A stretch of 64,000 nucleotides of DNA from Chromera velia (taxonomy: Eukaryota). The notes under the pieces were generated by a model. It made no database searches. It was not told the DNA's origin and saw nothing but the letters and a program-made list of their open reading frames with translations. The position numbers were made by a program, and so were the translations under genes. Positions 37,241-51,100 of the stretch are shown piece after piece. The stretch is taken from positions 62,001 through 126,000 of the forward strand of contig JAHBMJ010000266.1 of assembly GCA_018398765.1 (NCBI GenBank). Direction: 5' to 3'. Every line of letters starts with the position of its first letter. Within the stretch, counting starts at the first letter, position 1.

Positions 37241-39997
37241 CTCCTCCGCCTCCGCCTCCGCTTCAGCAGCTGCGGTAGTGCGTCCCCTGTCGGCCTTTTT
37301 GTCCCTCGCCCAGGGGACTGGAGAGGTTCAACCGAGGGGGGAGAAGAGAGGACGGGAGGGGGAAGGGCAACGCGTCCAGACAAGAGGGGGGAGAGGAGGA
37401 AGGGGAGGGAGGGGGGGAAGAGGGGGGTCAAACGGAGGGGGGGTATCAGATTTTGCAGTAGCCGAAGCAGCAGGAGCAGGAGGAGGGGCAAGTGAGGCCG
37501 CCGCCGTAGCAGCAGCAGCGGCAGGAGAGAACGCAGAGGCGGTAGGTGTTGCACCCACACCAGCGGCCGCAGCAGCGGCGGCTGCACCTCCCCCTGCAGC
37601 AGCCAGGAGACAGTCAGAAGAGCTCATCAACCTTGCCCCCGACGCCTTCCCTCCTCAAAGCTCCTTTGTCTTCTTTAACAACAAAGGGGGGGTGGGAAAG
37701 ACTTTTCTCTGTTATTCCTTTGCCTGTGAATTGGCCACGAGAAATCAAGATGAGAACATCCTTCTGATTGACCTTGACGGACAGGCAAATCTGTCTAAGT
37801 TCGCTCTAGGGGGGGCATCTGCAGCCGAACGAGTCCAAGGTCTAGCGGAGAAATCGATTTCTACATGGCTGCAAAAAGCGGTGGCTCAGGTCCAAATCGG
37901 GGAGGGTCTAGGGAACGATCCTCCGGGGCTTCTGGAGCCTTTTTCGAATCCCCGGTATCTTCTCAATGTACAGGAGCAGCTCAAGACAGACTGGGATGAG
38001 GGGAACCTTGGACCTATCAGTTGTGCAATCCCCCCGAATCTGTTTCTCATCTGTGGGGCGATTGACCTAGACTTGTCCATAGCAGACTTGATAGACCGAC
38101 AGAGCAATCAGCAAGAGACCCCCTCCCAACCTCTGCCCTACACACGCACGATGCGAGCTCTCAGAAGAGGCATTCGCAAAGTTCTCGTTGAGGGCTCCCC
38201 CGCCTTCCCCCAGAAGAAGTGGCGTGTGGTTGTCGACACCCACCCCCACTTTAGCGTCATCACTCGCATGGCCCTTCTTGCCTGCGACGATCTCATTGTG
38301 CCCACTCTATTGGATGAATTCAGCAGTGGGGGTGTCCAAAACCTCCTGGAACAATTCAATGCCCCCAGGGGTGTGGATCAGAAGCGCAGGCTGAGAGGAA
38401 TTCTGCGCAGACGTGAGAACCAAGAGTGGCAAAAGTATGAAGACATGAACTGTCTGGAAGGAAGTGAGAGAGAGGAGGTTCAACCCCCTCTGAGACTTGC
38501 CAGGATCCGCACTATTGTTGTCAATCGTTTCCCATCTGGCTCTCTGACCCTTGCAGCCAGGGCTGTCCACAGTCGCCTGATTCGCTTCCTTGCTGAGAAG
38601 CTCAAAGAACCAAAGGAGCGAGAGGACGACAGAGATGTGAACGTGGACGTCTTTGCGAGACCCCATGAGAGAGAAGAGTTCGGGATCAAAATGGACAAAA
38701 TGGACAAACACGATATCGACGTCGCAAAAAACAATGTGGAAAGGTGAGCGGAGTAGCGGTTGAAGCTCTTTCTGCCCTGTCACTCGCGCTCCGAGAATGA
38801 TGCCGAAGTGAATTCATTCTGTTGAACTGCAGGTCTGGCAAGAGTATCTATCAGACACAATCAACAAATAAACTTTGCGCACTTCGGAAGCAAGAAACAA
38901 AACTTGATTCTACGTGCTCGTGTGTCCGTGTGTATATCCTCCTGAGAGCAGATTCTTCCACCAGAAGGTCTCTGAGTTGGAAAGTGTTGCCAAAGTGGCG
39001 ATCCATCTGGGACTCTCCCCAACGATGATGGGGGTGGATCCGGGGGAAACCAGGGGTCGGAGGTATCAAATCAACTATGGAATGGTCAATTGAATCGTCT
39101 TTCCTTCTTTTCTTTTCTTTTCCCTTTTGCTGTTATTTTTCATATTTTTGGCCAGCTCGCGTTCTCTGTGTGTCTTACAAAGTGTCTGCGTTTCTTGTTC
39201 TTCCGAGTTTCCCTGAAAATTATCGACTTGTTGGTTTTGAATAAACGCCTGCACTTGTATGCTCGTGAAGCTTCCACCAGCTATCCAAGGGACCCTCTCG
39301 CACTTTCTTTTTTCGTGCCCGGTGCCGATTTGATTGGTTTCTCATTATTTTTGAACATGAAGCAACGGGACGGATGTACTTGCAGCCCGCTGAAGTCCAA
39401 GAGGGCATCGCTGGGCGCGACATCAACAAATTCAATTTGGACATCCAGGACATGGTTGAACTGGCCATGGGGGGCTCTCGACACCCCAACAACACTATGT
39501 GGGGTGAACTCTACCCTAGGCCCATCACTGACTGGCAAATCGTCCTGCCAGACCCTTCCACTGCAGCCAAGGCACGTGCACAGGCCTCAGCTCAGACCGC
39601 GTGGTCACAAGCTCACCCCCACTATTACTATCCGCATACAGACCATAGATGCGGTAGACGACTACTGCCACTGGAAAGATGTCACCCCACCCTTCCAAAC
39701 GGACCCCCGTCAGTCCCTCCCCAATTGCACCGGGTGTGGATGCCGAAGCCAGAGAACAAAGAGCCTTCCAGTCGATACAAACACCTCCCCTACGGACCAG
39801 AACAGGACGACAGTGACGATGAGACAGGCACTCAGGGAGAGGAAGATGAGGGCAACTACGAAGACGGGAGCTCCCAGTCAAGTAATGCACAGAAGAAAAG
39901 TGTGAAAAGGCCCAAAGCAAAGCCGAAAACCACCCCGAAAAAGAAGCCAAAGCAGAAAGGCATTTATATTGCCGCTCCAGGTGAGCTGAGATGCTGA
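35343..39997 (+). CDS. Multi-exon fusion gene: C2HC zinc finger + inactive USP (peptidase C19-like) domain + Ser/Ala/RGG linker + ParA/Soj-family P-loop ATPase + C-terminal tail
   Basis: In-frame GT-AG introns at 35631-35837, ~36676-36960 and 38744-38951. USP-like boxes NQSAVTAVIHLL..LPPF, PPRVLFFNIQRF, YELTGLVLHSG, GGYSAF, WFLFQG. ParA motifs FNNKGGVGKT, LLIDLDGQANLS, VVVDTHP, LIVP. Two apparent 1-bp frameshifts at ~37010 and ~37175. Start codon and last exons are uncertain. Confidence 0.75.
37663..38743 (+). CDS. ParA/Soj-like ATPase domain (part of the fusion gene; continues in exon 38952-~39085)
   Basis: Deviant Walker A KGGVGKT, Walker A' IDLDGQANLS, Walker B VVVDTHP, then TRMALLACDDLIVP and IVVNR. 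Spliced continuation RFFHQKVSELESVAKVAIHLGLSP resembles the ParA C-terminal region. Confidence 0.9.
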
Positions 39998-42199
39998 GCA
40001 CTTATGTCGAGGAGATGAGAGGATGATCAACAAGCGCCTCACAAAGAGATGTTTTTTTTTCTTTTCAACAACGAAGGAATCTGTTGAATCATTTTGGTAC
40101 TTGCTATCTTGAAAAACAAAATGTCAGCCAGAGGACATTCAATGACCATGCACCGGATTAATTTGTGAAGTCAATTTGGCTCGGTTGTCTCCTTACCACA
40201 TGAATGATGATTCAATGATCGCTGACATGATGCAGGTCCTCGGGAAGTAAAGAAGGAGTCCGATTCCAAGGGACTTGCACAGTGAGCCTCCACGGCTTTT
40301 GCCAATCCGCAGAACAAAACTGCCCCGCATTGAGTCACCTTCAAGTTGACCTGAACGTAATGACAGCAAAAGAAACAAAACCCGCGTCGCACTTTTTTGG
40401 GGGGGGAAGCATTTGAGATCCGTTCCTAGCACGTCGGACTCCGCCTCACTCTTGTCCTTCCATGATAAAGTTCCATCTCTCTATGCAACATTGCAACACA
40501 CCTGACCACATTGCAACACTTTAGGTTCGGCACTCTAGGTTCTATGTATTCCATATATACCTTTTAATATAATAGAATCTAGGCCCTGCCTCGATCAAAA
40601 GAAATGTACTAGTAGGAGTAGTAAAAAACAAGAATGTTAAACAAAATAGAATTAAGTGGCTTGAAGTTATGACTTCATTAAATTGCAATTTCATTTATTC
40701 GGATTCATTTTAATATTTTAGCTAAATTTATCCCAGTTATTTGTTGATAACTAATTTATGATGATGAATTAAAAATCATTCAAGTTGACACAGTGACACT
40801 TTTAACTTTTTTTTTACAATTAAGCAAATTAAGCATAAGAATATATCTATAGTTTCATGATACACCTTCATCATAATGATATTAAATACATAACACTGTA
40901 GGCTACTGTAGGCGGCTAACTAGGCTAGCTTAACATTTAATATTAATAAATGAATCATGAGTCATAATCACTATGACCTACATTAGGACGTACAGATCTA
41001 GGAACAGAATACCGTGTATTAACATGCTAGTTAATATGGTACATATATTGCATGTATCTGCGCATGCATTAGATTGTCAGTGGCCGACATGCACAGGCTG
41101 TCAAAGAGCTACTCTCAAACATCCAACGAAGCTTGTCACAATCTATCACAATCACCTTGAATTCTCATGAACCTCATCAGCCAGTCGGCTTTTGTAAAGT
41201 TGCATGAAAGCTCGATCTCCCACAGAACGGTGTTGTTTAAATAGAAAGGTACAAATCGATCAAGTTCCAATCAATTGGATAATCCCCAGACCGTCGACAG
41301 ATCCTCCCTCAAATGTGCATGCTGACCCATACCATTCAAATTGTTTGCACACACCGTTCAACGGCACACAAGAATGCATCAACACTCATTTGTATATGCA
41401 GGTGTGACGTACAGTGATCAACTTCCTCCTCTTGTTTCTAATTCTATTCGAAGTGCAGACGTTCTTCTCTGATCCTTACCATCCTCTTTCACGATCGGCA
41501 AACGCCAATTTGATTGAGTGGTTCCTTTTTGCAACAAAAACGACACCCCAATTCTTTGTATGGCATCACGACTGTGAAACAAAAAACCCGCTTGCCAGAG
41601 GGAACGTGAAGAGAAACCGATCGAGCACTATCAGATTACAAGAGCTGCCGGACCGTGGACAGATCAGGTGAACGAAAAGGAAGCACTCCATGTGCTCATA
41701 ACACTTCCTTTTCTCCACCCTTTCTTTTTGTCGCTTTTTGATCTTTGCCCCCCGGACTCTTTCTTTCCTTCTATCGATCAACCGAATGATCGATGAGATG
41801 GCTCCCCTCTTTGTCTTTTTCCTTTTTTCCAGGCAGAATTAAAGACCTCTCCGTTGAAACTCCCTTATACGTTCTCCACCCATTTTTGTTCTTTGAGGCA
41901 GAGCTGCATGTCATTGGTCCGTCACAAGAAGAAAAAACTTGTATGTCACTTTGATATTAATACACCGGGCACTCTGTGTTTCCATCTGAAGCCTCGGCCC
42001 TTAAGAGGGAAAGAAACAACGCCTTTAGCAGGATGACTGGATGAAGTCAGACGTGAAAAAAACGTCCTGGCCTCCCTTTGTCTGCCCTGTTGATCCCCTA
42101 TACCGTTCACAGTTCCTCGAACTGTTTTGATGAGTCCTTCTTGCTTGCAAGTCCTTTCTGCACAGTACTGGATGCCAGCAGTCTCGCTCTCTCCGTTTA

Positions 42200-45100
42200 G
42201 CCTGCCTCTTTCTGGTGTAACGAAGGCTTGATCACTGGGAAGTAGACAGGCCACCATATGGCATCAGACAAGAATGCCTGCGTCCATGTCAACCCATTTC
42301 TGCGCTGCGGGTTTTCTGTTTCTTTTCTCTCTGGCGACCCAAACGATCGTTTCACCATCAGCTGTCGCCTCTCCTCTTTCCCTTCATTGAACACATGTCT
42401 CTTCTTCAGACCTAGCTCCTTCTCTGTCTTGTCAAGTGAGCCAAGCAGCTGAGGTAGAAATACAAATGAAAACAGGGTCATCAATTTGATTTGAGGTCAT
42501 ACATGTGTCTCTATTTCTCAAAGCTCTTCACGCTCCCATTCCCCTCATGCATTCAATCATTAAGAAAATCCACTTCTCTGGCTCCTTCATCCCCTTACCC
42601 CTCCATTCATTTCCTCGAACTGCTTCCCCCCACCTTTCTCTCTTCCCGTCCCTCTCGCCCCCCCTCTCTACAATCAAATTGTGTTTACCATCTTCTCTCC
42701 TTCTTCCACTTTTTCGCCATCTGAACACCCCCGACTGACTGACTGACTGACAGACAGACAGGCAATGCTTGCAGACTGAGCTCCGCGACACACAGTTGGG
42801 CCGGTCTCTTTCCGCCCGGCAAATGAAATAGAAAAAGCGCACGTGCAAAAAAAGAGGACCTTTATTCTTCCGTCTGTCTGCCTGTCCAAGCATCCTCTCT
42901 CCCAGCAGGACCCCATCCCACTAGGAGGCGAAGAGGCTGAGGAAGTCGGGAGCAAGAGAGGTTTGGAAGGGAACCCCTTTCTGCAACAGAAAGAGAACGA
43001 GCGAGAGCGAATTAATTAAGAAGATTCACACTATTACCGCGTAGAGAGAGGATGGACGCATGCAGTCGATTGAGTGACCTCATAAGATTCCCCCCCGACA
43101 CTCCATAGACAGAACCTGTCCTGTGAGTCTTTTGCATGCACACGTCCTCGAAAGACGGAAGAAAAAGCATTGTTAGCTGCAATCGGTCTATCAGACAATC
43201 AATGAAAGCTCTCGTGCCTGCAGGCCAAAACGGAAACTAGACACACGGACAAAGAGGTGCATAACCACCCCTCCACTCACTTACCGCGAATTGGGTCTTC
43301 TTTGCTGCTGCCTTCCTGCGAGTGGAATTGACGACGATGATGTTGGGTCCCGCTGCACAGAGGGAGAGAGGAAAAGAGAACCTTAGAAGTAATATACCCA
43401 GAAGGACGGACGCAAAGATTGCCCCTCACAGACAAAGAGACACGGAGAACTCCTCGGAGATATGACTGTACGGCTCACAAACTCTGTACATCACAAAGCA
43501 TGAAGATCTGGACAACCAAAGAACTACTCATTTCACGCACTCACGTTCTTCTGAGGTCAGGTCCTCGCAGGTGACCACGCCCTCCCAATGTGTGCACGGA
43601 GCCATCCCGAACTGCCCCCGCAGACTACCACTAGATCTGGAACCCGAGGGATGACCCCCCACCCCCACCCCCCCACTCCCGGTGCTAGTAGGGGTCTCGA
43701 TCTGTTGGATTGAGGAGGACCCTGTGGGGCTAGGGGAGGTGGCCGAAGACGAGGAGCGACCCCTGTGAGAGCTGAGGGGTGCGTCTGCCTGGGCCCTCTG
43801 GTGGTGGGGTGCCGCCCCCTGTGTCGGACTGAGGGAAGACGCGCTGCCGGGGGGGGCACCCGAAGCCGCTTGTGTCAGACCGATACTGTTGGATGTATTT
43901 GCAGGCGTCTGCTGCCCCTTTCTAGTAGACCCATCTGCCCTGCTTGGTTGTCTGTCTTTGGATCTCCCTGAGGACTTGGAGGAAGAAGAAGTGTGCTGCT
44001 GTCTGGGAGGGGCTCCAGCATGCCCTCTGGAGGTGACGTCTCTCTGACTGCCTGCTGCAGACCCCCCGACGGAACGTTTGAAGAAAAGCGACGGGCTGAG
44101 GGCAGAAGCGGAAGGAGTGGCGCCAGAGGAAGACATCATGGGATTGCAGAATTCTGCAACACGGTCTTCCTCGTTTGTTGATTGGTGGATGTTGCTGAAG
44201 AGAGCGCTTCTACTCGGACTGCTGCCTGTGCTCTCTCTGCTGCTACTGCTTCTACTCCTACTCCTAGTCCGTCTCGATTCAGCATCTCCAAATGCACCCA
44301 ACCCCCATGAAGCAGCTCGGTCCCATGTGGGAGAGGTAGGGGACAATTGAGACAAGTCCGCAGATTCGGGTGAGGACTCTCTGTCTATGCCCCCCATGAA
44401 CCCCGGGCAGAAAGTCAAAGGAGAAGAATCATCTGGGCGATTAGGGTCTGTCCACTCCACCACAGCAGCAGATGCCCCTTCCTCGTCTCCCTCTTCTGCC
44501 TCTACCCCGACCGTCTCCTCACCCCTCTCGTCTCCCCTCACTGCCGTCTCCTCCCTGTCTGCCGTCTCCCTCTCACGAACACGGGAGGACTTCAAAAGAC
44601 TTCGGGCAGTTCCTCCAGAGCTGCTGCGAACATGCAGGTGTACGAGTGAGTCAAAAGTGGGTCCATACCATAAATATGCAATCAAGATGTACACAAATAC
44701 GGAAAACGTAGGAGAATGGCACCATCAAGAAGGCCAGCAGCTCGGTGAGGGAGGACAAAAATCAATACATGAATCCAGAGATGTCTGGAGAGCTGAGAGA
44801 ATGGGAAGCTTTCAAGAGGACAAAACCACCCTACAAAGAATAAGGAAGGATTCTAAAGTCCTGTCGTCCATTTAAAACATACACATATAAACCTCCTCAC
44901 CCATCTGCGACTGCCGAGGGGGGGAGAGCACTCGGAGGGGGCCCGTCTGCCTCCCAAGGGACGCCTCTGGGCGGGCTGGGGGATTGGGGGGCTGCAGAGA
45001 TGAGGGAGGAGTAGTGGATCTGACTATTCATGAATTAGTCGGCATGTTTGTCCATACGCAGAAGATAAGGGGCGAGACTGTTTGAAAGAAACAGGGAAGG

Positions 45101-48100
45101 TAGGAGGACGGTGCAGAGAAGAGAGAAATGATTCGATGTGGTCCAATTTGATGCACTCTTCGGCTTTCATGTCCTTTCTTTTTTTGTAAAGGCGTATTCA
45201 TTGAGGGGAAACTCGACAAAACATTTTGATTGTGTTCATTTGCAACATGATGACACTGTCTGTCGTCGGCACACACTGACTGACTCACTGATTGACTGAC
45301 ACTCAGGAGAGCACGACACGCTCATCATTGCAGGTGAGTGGAGGCCTCCGAGTGGGTCTCTTCCCCCCCCTTCTGCAGTTCCCCTTCCCTCCTCAGGCTT
45401 CATCTCCAAATGGAGCGCTGCAATGATGCATCCAGGCATTCAATGAAGAAACACATGCAGCGATTAAATCGACGCGCCATTTCAAGGCTGGCGGGAATCT
45501 TGCTTCAAATGTGTTTCTCATTCGCACACTCCTTCTGTAGCATTCCTCCTGTTTATCTGCCGTGCCTTCAGACCACATATGTGACACGTTCAGGATAGGA
45601 GGGAAATCACAGCAAGACGATCTGAACGAGCAGATGTTGGAAATCTATCTTTGGATGGGATAAACGTTAAACGCACGTGTGCATCCTTGTATTGATGTGA
45701 ATATTCATATGGAGTGATCAACCGAGAAGAACAAAAAAGGAAAGAAAAAGGACAGACCTTTTGGAGGAAGTTTGTGACGAGAAGGCGGCCGAGGAGTGCT
45801 CCAGCTGTAGACGAAAGAAAAGAAGTAAAGAGGATCGACAACAGAATAAGTCAGGGAGCAAGGAAACGCTTCTCTTTCTCTCTCTCTTTTCACCTCTGTC
45901 TCTCTGGCTGTCTCTCTACTGTCTCTCAGGAGCTCCTTAAGCATAAGTGTTGTAATTCTCGAAAATAGAAACCCCGAGCTAGACAGACAAACTGCACCGC
46001 AAAAGAGAAACTGCATGACGAAATGAAGTAAATGAATCAATCTGACCTTTCAAAGCTGATAGGAGGCTTTCCTGCGACCCCAGCAGATTCGTTCTCTCTG
46101 TCTCTCTCCTTCTCCTTCTCTCGCTCTCTCTGGCTCTCACTGTGGCCTTCTCTCTCTCTGTCCCCCTCCCTTCCCTCTCCCTCTCCACGTGTCCGGGGGC
46201 GACCAGCCTGCAGACAAAAAGAAAGTCCTCCGTGATAATCAGAGCCCGAGTAAATTGTCGAATGGATGGGCTGAAGTGTGAGACAGAAATAAAACAAAAT
46301 CGTTTCTCACAGAATACACGGGAAGAAAAGAGTCGGAGAAATAGGCAGACAAAAAAGCAGGCAGACAGAGAAAAATACCACAACAGGAAACATTTTGAAT
46401 TCACAAGAGTCCCTCCAGCATCTTCCTTGAACGTGCTTATAAGAACTTAAAATAACTTCTCCTGCATGACACTCTACCTGTTGACTGAATGAGTCTGGAC
46501 GTTTCTGTCCTCCCGCATCTGACACCTCAAAAAGCATTTTCTTCGACGTCGGGTCGGGCTTCCGGGCTGCGGGGCGTCTCCCAGTTCCTTCCTCAAACAA
46601 CCACTGCACACACAAAGTCAGTCAGGCAAAAAAGAGACAAATGCATGATTCAACATCCAACAATCAAAATCTTCTTGGATTCTGGAAGCTTTGTGCATAT
46701 GCACATCTGACAAAAGTCTACAACACCATTCCTGCTTCTCAAGGGTGCAGGAAGCGAAGGAGGCCCTCGTGTGTGATGGACGTGCAACAGAATCGATCCA
46801 CATGAACCCCCCGAATGAAGAAGCCATCCATGACACCCTCCCTCTCCGTATCACCCAATGTTCAACTGACCCGAACGCAGTCTGGAGGGGCCCCGGGTCC
46901 AACTGCCTCCCCTCTGCTCCCCCCCTTGGTTGAGGGTCTCCCTCCATGTCCATTCTGGTGATGGGGAAGAAGAACGGAGCTCCCTGTCCACTCACCCCGG
47001 CTCTGCCTTCCTGACCCTCCCACACCCCAAACGCTCCCCAACGAAGCACCACTACCAGAATGGAACCCGAAGCCCCCCCTGCCCTCCCCCCCTGGTGCTC
47101 GAGTTTCCCAGTCAAACAACCCCCCCCTGTGGGAGTGTTGGGAGGCACTCGAAGGCCCCCCCCCGTTCTGACGGACTCCACTACGAGTGCGGGGCCGTCG
47201 GGCACCGGCAGCAGTGAGAGGCCTGGCTGCCGTGACGGCGTCCCCGTGCTCTGGGGGAACTCTCCGGGCAGTCCATGCCTCTACATGTACCCCCTCTGTG
47301 ATGAAGCTGGAGGGGCTCTCTGCTCTCGGGTTGGCACTCGAGGGGCGAAAGGGAATCTGACGGTCCACCACTGAGGAGAGTTTCTCGCTGCGGGGCTGTT
47401 GGTCTTTTGCTGCAGGGGTGGAGGGGTTGTTTGGGGTCTGGGCAGAAGAATGGTCTCCTAGGGGTTGTGAGTCTGTGTTGGGGTTTTGGGAAGGGGTCTG
47501 GGGGTGGGGGGATTCAGATGTCAGAGGCTTGCCTGCATTGTTTTTCATGGCGGACTCTCTTTCTTTCTCTCTTCCAAGCTCAGATGGAGAACTGGAGGGG
47601 TGTGGGTGAGAAGGGATGGAAGAGGTGTTTGATGGAGGGGATGTAGGAGGATGAGTCGCAGGAGAGGGGAAGCTGTTGTTGAAGTTTGATGGGGCGTTTC
47701 GAGTGTCAGTAGAGTGCGTGTCTTTTTCTTTTGATTGTTTCAGTGTTGTTTCGCTTTCCTGTCTTTTTGTGGGGGCCTCAGACATGTCTGTGAGCTCTTC
47801 CAATTGATCTATCAGACTTTGCTTCTGCTGTCGGTGCTTCTGGCTAGTTTGTCTTGAAGGAGGCGAAGAATGAGAAGGAGTTGCATGTGGAACTTCGGTT
47901 GGTGTTTTGATCTTTTCGGTTTTCGATGACGAGGCAGAGCCTGCTGCTGGAGTGGTGGAGCGAGAATGGGATTTTCCTCCAGACGCTTTTTCTCTACTAG
48001 GCATCTCTCTGTCTCCCTTTTCTTTTTGCTTCTCTCTCTCCGAAGATGCTATTTGATGGTGTGCATGCATAGAGGGAGAGTGAGGACCGTGAACAGAGTG

Positions 48101-51100
48101 GGTGCCTGTAGGAGACTGGGAGGGCGTGGAGAGAGGGGAAGACTCCCCGTATCTGTGTGAGTGGGAGGAATGGGTTGGCTGTCTGGCCACACTGAGCACA
48201 TTGGGAGTTGTTGTGTGGTGGTCTGTGTGTGCGTCTCTTCCTTCTCTTTCTCTTTGAGAGGATGAAGACGCCCGACTGCACTCCAGAAAAGTCCTCTCCT
48301 TCTCTCTCTGCTCTGTCTTTCCTTTGACGCCCTTACTTTCCTCTCGCTCCCCCCCGACTGCTGCCCTTGTAGGTCTCACAGGTCCCGAAAAAGACAACAG
48401 ACACTCCGCTCGATATCCAGGGAGGATTCCGAGCTTTGAAGAAGAGGAAGGGGTGGCAGTGCGGCCTCGACTGACAGAGACGGGGGTGTCACTTCGCCTG
48501 GGTTGCTGCGTCTTCTCCTTTCCCTTTTGGTCTGACGGCACTCCGTTCCCCTCCCTTGAATGTGCTGACGGCACTCCGTTCCCCTCCCTTGAATGTGCTG
48601 ACGGCACTCCGTTCCCCTCCCTTGAATCTGCTGACGGCACTCCGTTCCCCTCCCTTGAATGTGCTGACGGCACTCCGTTCCCCTCCCTTGAATGTGCTCT
48701 CCTCGAACGCGCACGCTCACGAGACGCACAAGCAGAAGGAATCCCGACACCCTGGGAGACCGGAGGACCGACTCCGTAAAGACGCATCAACTTTGACTCG
48801 GCGTCGCTCGTGGGTGTGCGTCGGTTGTTGGTCGGAGTCTGACTGGCGCTGGTGGGAGAAGAAACGCTTCGTTGGTTTGTGCCGCGCTCTCTCTCTTTTT
48901 CTCTTTCCCTTTCGCGCTCTCTTTCGAAATCTCTTTCTCGCTCCTTGTCCCGTGCTGGTCTTTGTGCCTCTTTCTCCCTTAGATGGTCACTTTCTCTGCT
49001 GTGTAATTTCTCACGCCCCCCTTCTTTTTCCTTCTCTCTGTGAAGTCTCTCTTTTTCCCTATCTCTCTCTGTCTCCCGTTCCTTTCCTGAAGATCCTTTG
49101 TGTTTGTCATCCTCTCTGGATTCCTTTGGTGGTATTTTTTCCCGCTTCTTCTCTTTGTCCTTTTCATCCATTTCTCTCTCCCTCTCCCTGTCTCCTGCAG
49201 TCTCCCCCTGCTGCAGTGTAGAGCTTCGGGGCGTGCCTTTGAGTCCTGTTCCTCCGACAGCTGTTGGCTTCTTTACTTGAACAGGAAAGGGAGGGGACAT
49301 GCCGGGGTCCTCCTCAAAGCTGGGCCCGCTATTCGGCTGGTTGGTTGAAGGGGGCCCCGGCAGCGTCCTTGATTGCGCGTTTGGCACGAGAGGACTCAAG
49401 TGGGCAGACGAAGAAGTCGGGTCAGGGTGAGGATGGACAGAAGCTGCAGGCGTTGGCTGACGGGATGAAAAGATCTTCTCTGTCTTCCCTCCAGAAGAAG
49501 ACTTGGAAGAGACGGAAGCAGAAGAGGATTGTTTTGCTTTCTCTCTGTCAGTTTCGTGATCCTCTTTCTGCTTCTCATTTACCTTCTCTTTGAAGGCAGC
49601 CGTCTTTCTTTCAGAGTGAGTGGAAGACGAAACAACTCTCTGGTGCGATGCTGTCCTGATGGGATGCAGAACTGTAGAGAGATCGGATGGCTGGCCTGTT
49701 GGGGGTTGAGAAGAATGAAAATCTGTCAGAGGCGTCTGTTGGGAATGGATTTGAGTTCTGTCTTTCTCTTTCTCAGTCCGCACTAACGACTGAGAAGATG
49801 AAGAAGACACAGTAGCCGTGCTTCTTTCTTTTTCCTTCTCCTTTTCTTTGTCTCTCTGCAGATGATGAGATAGACTTCTTGAGGGAGTCTGGTGACGGCT
49901 TGAAGAGGGAGGCGGTGCTTCTGAATGGGTGTGCTGCTGTTGGGTGAGGCCTTTTCCTTTGTCTTTGGCCTCTCTTGAACGTTCTCTTCCGGGCTCCCTT
50001 TCCCTTTCTTCCCCCGCATTCTCTTGGTGTTTGGATGTAGATGAATGACCAGCAGAGCGTCTGGGAGTCTGCCGCCTTGAATTAGGTCCCGTCCCTGTCC
50101 CTGTTCCTCCTGTCCTCCCCCCCCCATATGCGGACTCTAGGGCCGACGGCACACTCCCCCCTCCCCCCCCGGCCCCAGGCTGGTCCCTCTCCCTCTCTCG
50201 TCTTGGCGTCTCGGCGCCTCGACTACCGCCCCCCTCCTTTGCTTCGTTCTTCCTCCGGACAAAACCGGATTTGCTGTCGGATCCTCCTGCCCTTCTGGTT
50301 TGAGGGCGTGATTGGGAGGTTGTGCATTCCTCTAATTGCAGGAAAGGGGCGAGTTTGGTCCTCGAGGGTCCGGAAGAGGGGGGCATTGTTGGGGGGCCTT
50401 GTGTCACAGAGGCGGGAGGGTGGATGCAGGATGTGACAGAGGAAATGGAAGCGGCAGAAGGGGCGTGTGACGCAGAGAGCCCCGAAGACAGTGCACCTGA
50501 AGACAGAGTGTCCGAGGGGGCCATGGCTGTAGTCGTTAGGTTACTTACAGCACCACTGGCTCCAATCCCCTTCCCTGGTTGCTGTAATTTCAACGCAACG
50601 GCTACCTCACTCGTGGTCCCTTTCAATAGTCCCCCGCCTCTATCTAACACCGCATTTACTGACTGGCTCTCCGCTTTCCCTTCCTCCTGTTGTCTGGGCA
50701 TCTTTCCTTTTCTTCCCCCTCGTTCCCGTTCCGTCTCCCCAAGAGAATGTCTCGAAGAGTCCTGCTTCTCTTTTCGTTCTTTTGCCATTAAATTTCCTCT
50801 ATTCTCACATTCTTTTGCTTTTGTTCCCAGTCCGCCAGACAAGTCGGGCGAGGTGGCAGAGGCAATCTGCGTACCAGAAGAAGCTGACGAATGTTTCGCC
50901 ATGCGAGAAGAAGATGAAGAAGTCCGCGGACTTGCGTTACTTCTGGGATGGGAACTGGAGTGGGGGGTGGGAGTCATCACTGCTCCTCCAGATACTCCTG
51001 AAGACTCTCCCTGCAACCGTCCCTCTCTTTCTCCTCCGCCTTTTGAAGAAAGAAAAGGACTGGATGTTCCCTTTCCATGCTGCTGGACTTTTTCTTTCTC

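Noticed and set aside
37167..38747. Bacterial contamination or plasmid parA
   Set aside because: Embedded in phase-consistent spliceosomal introns and low-complexity eukaryote-style coding sequence; no parB or operon context.
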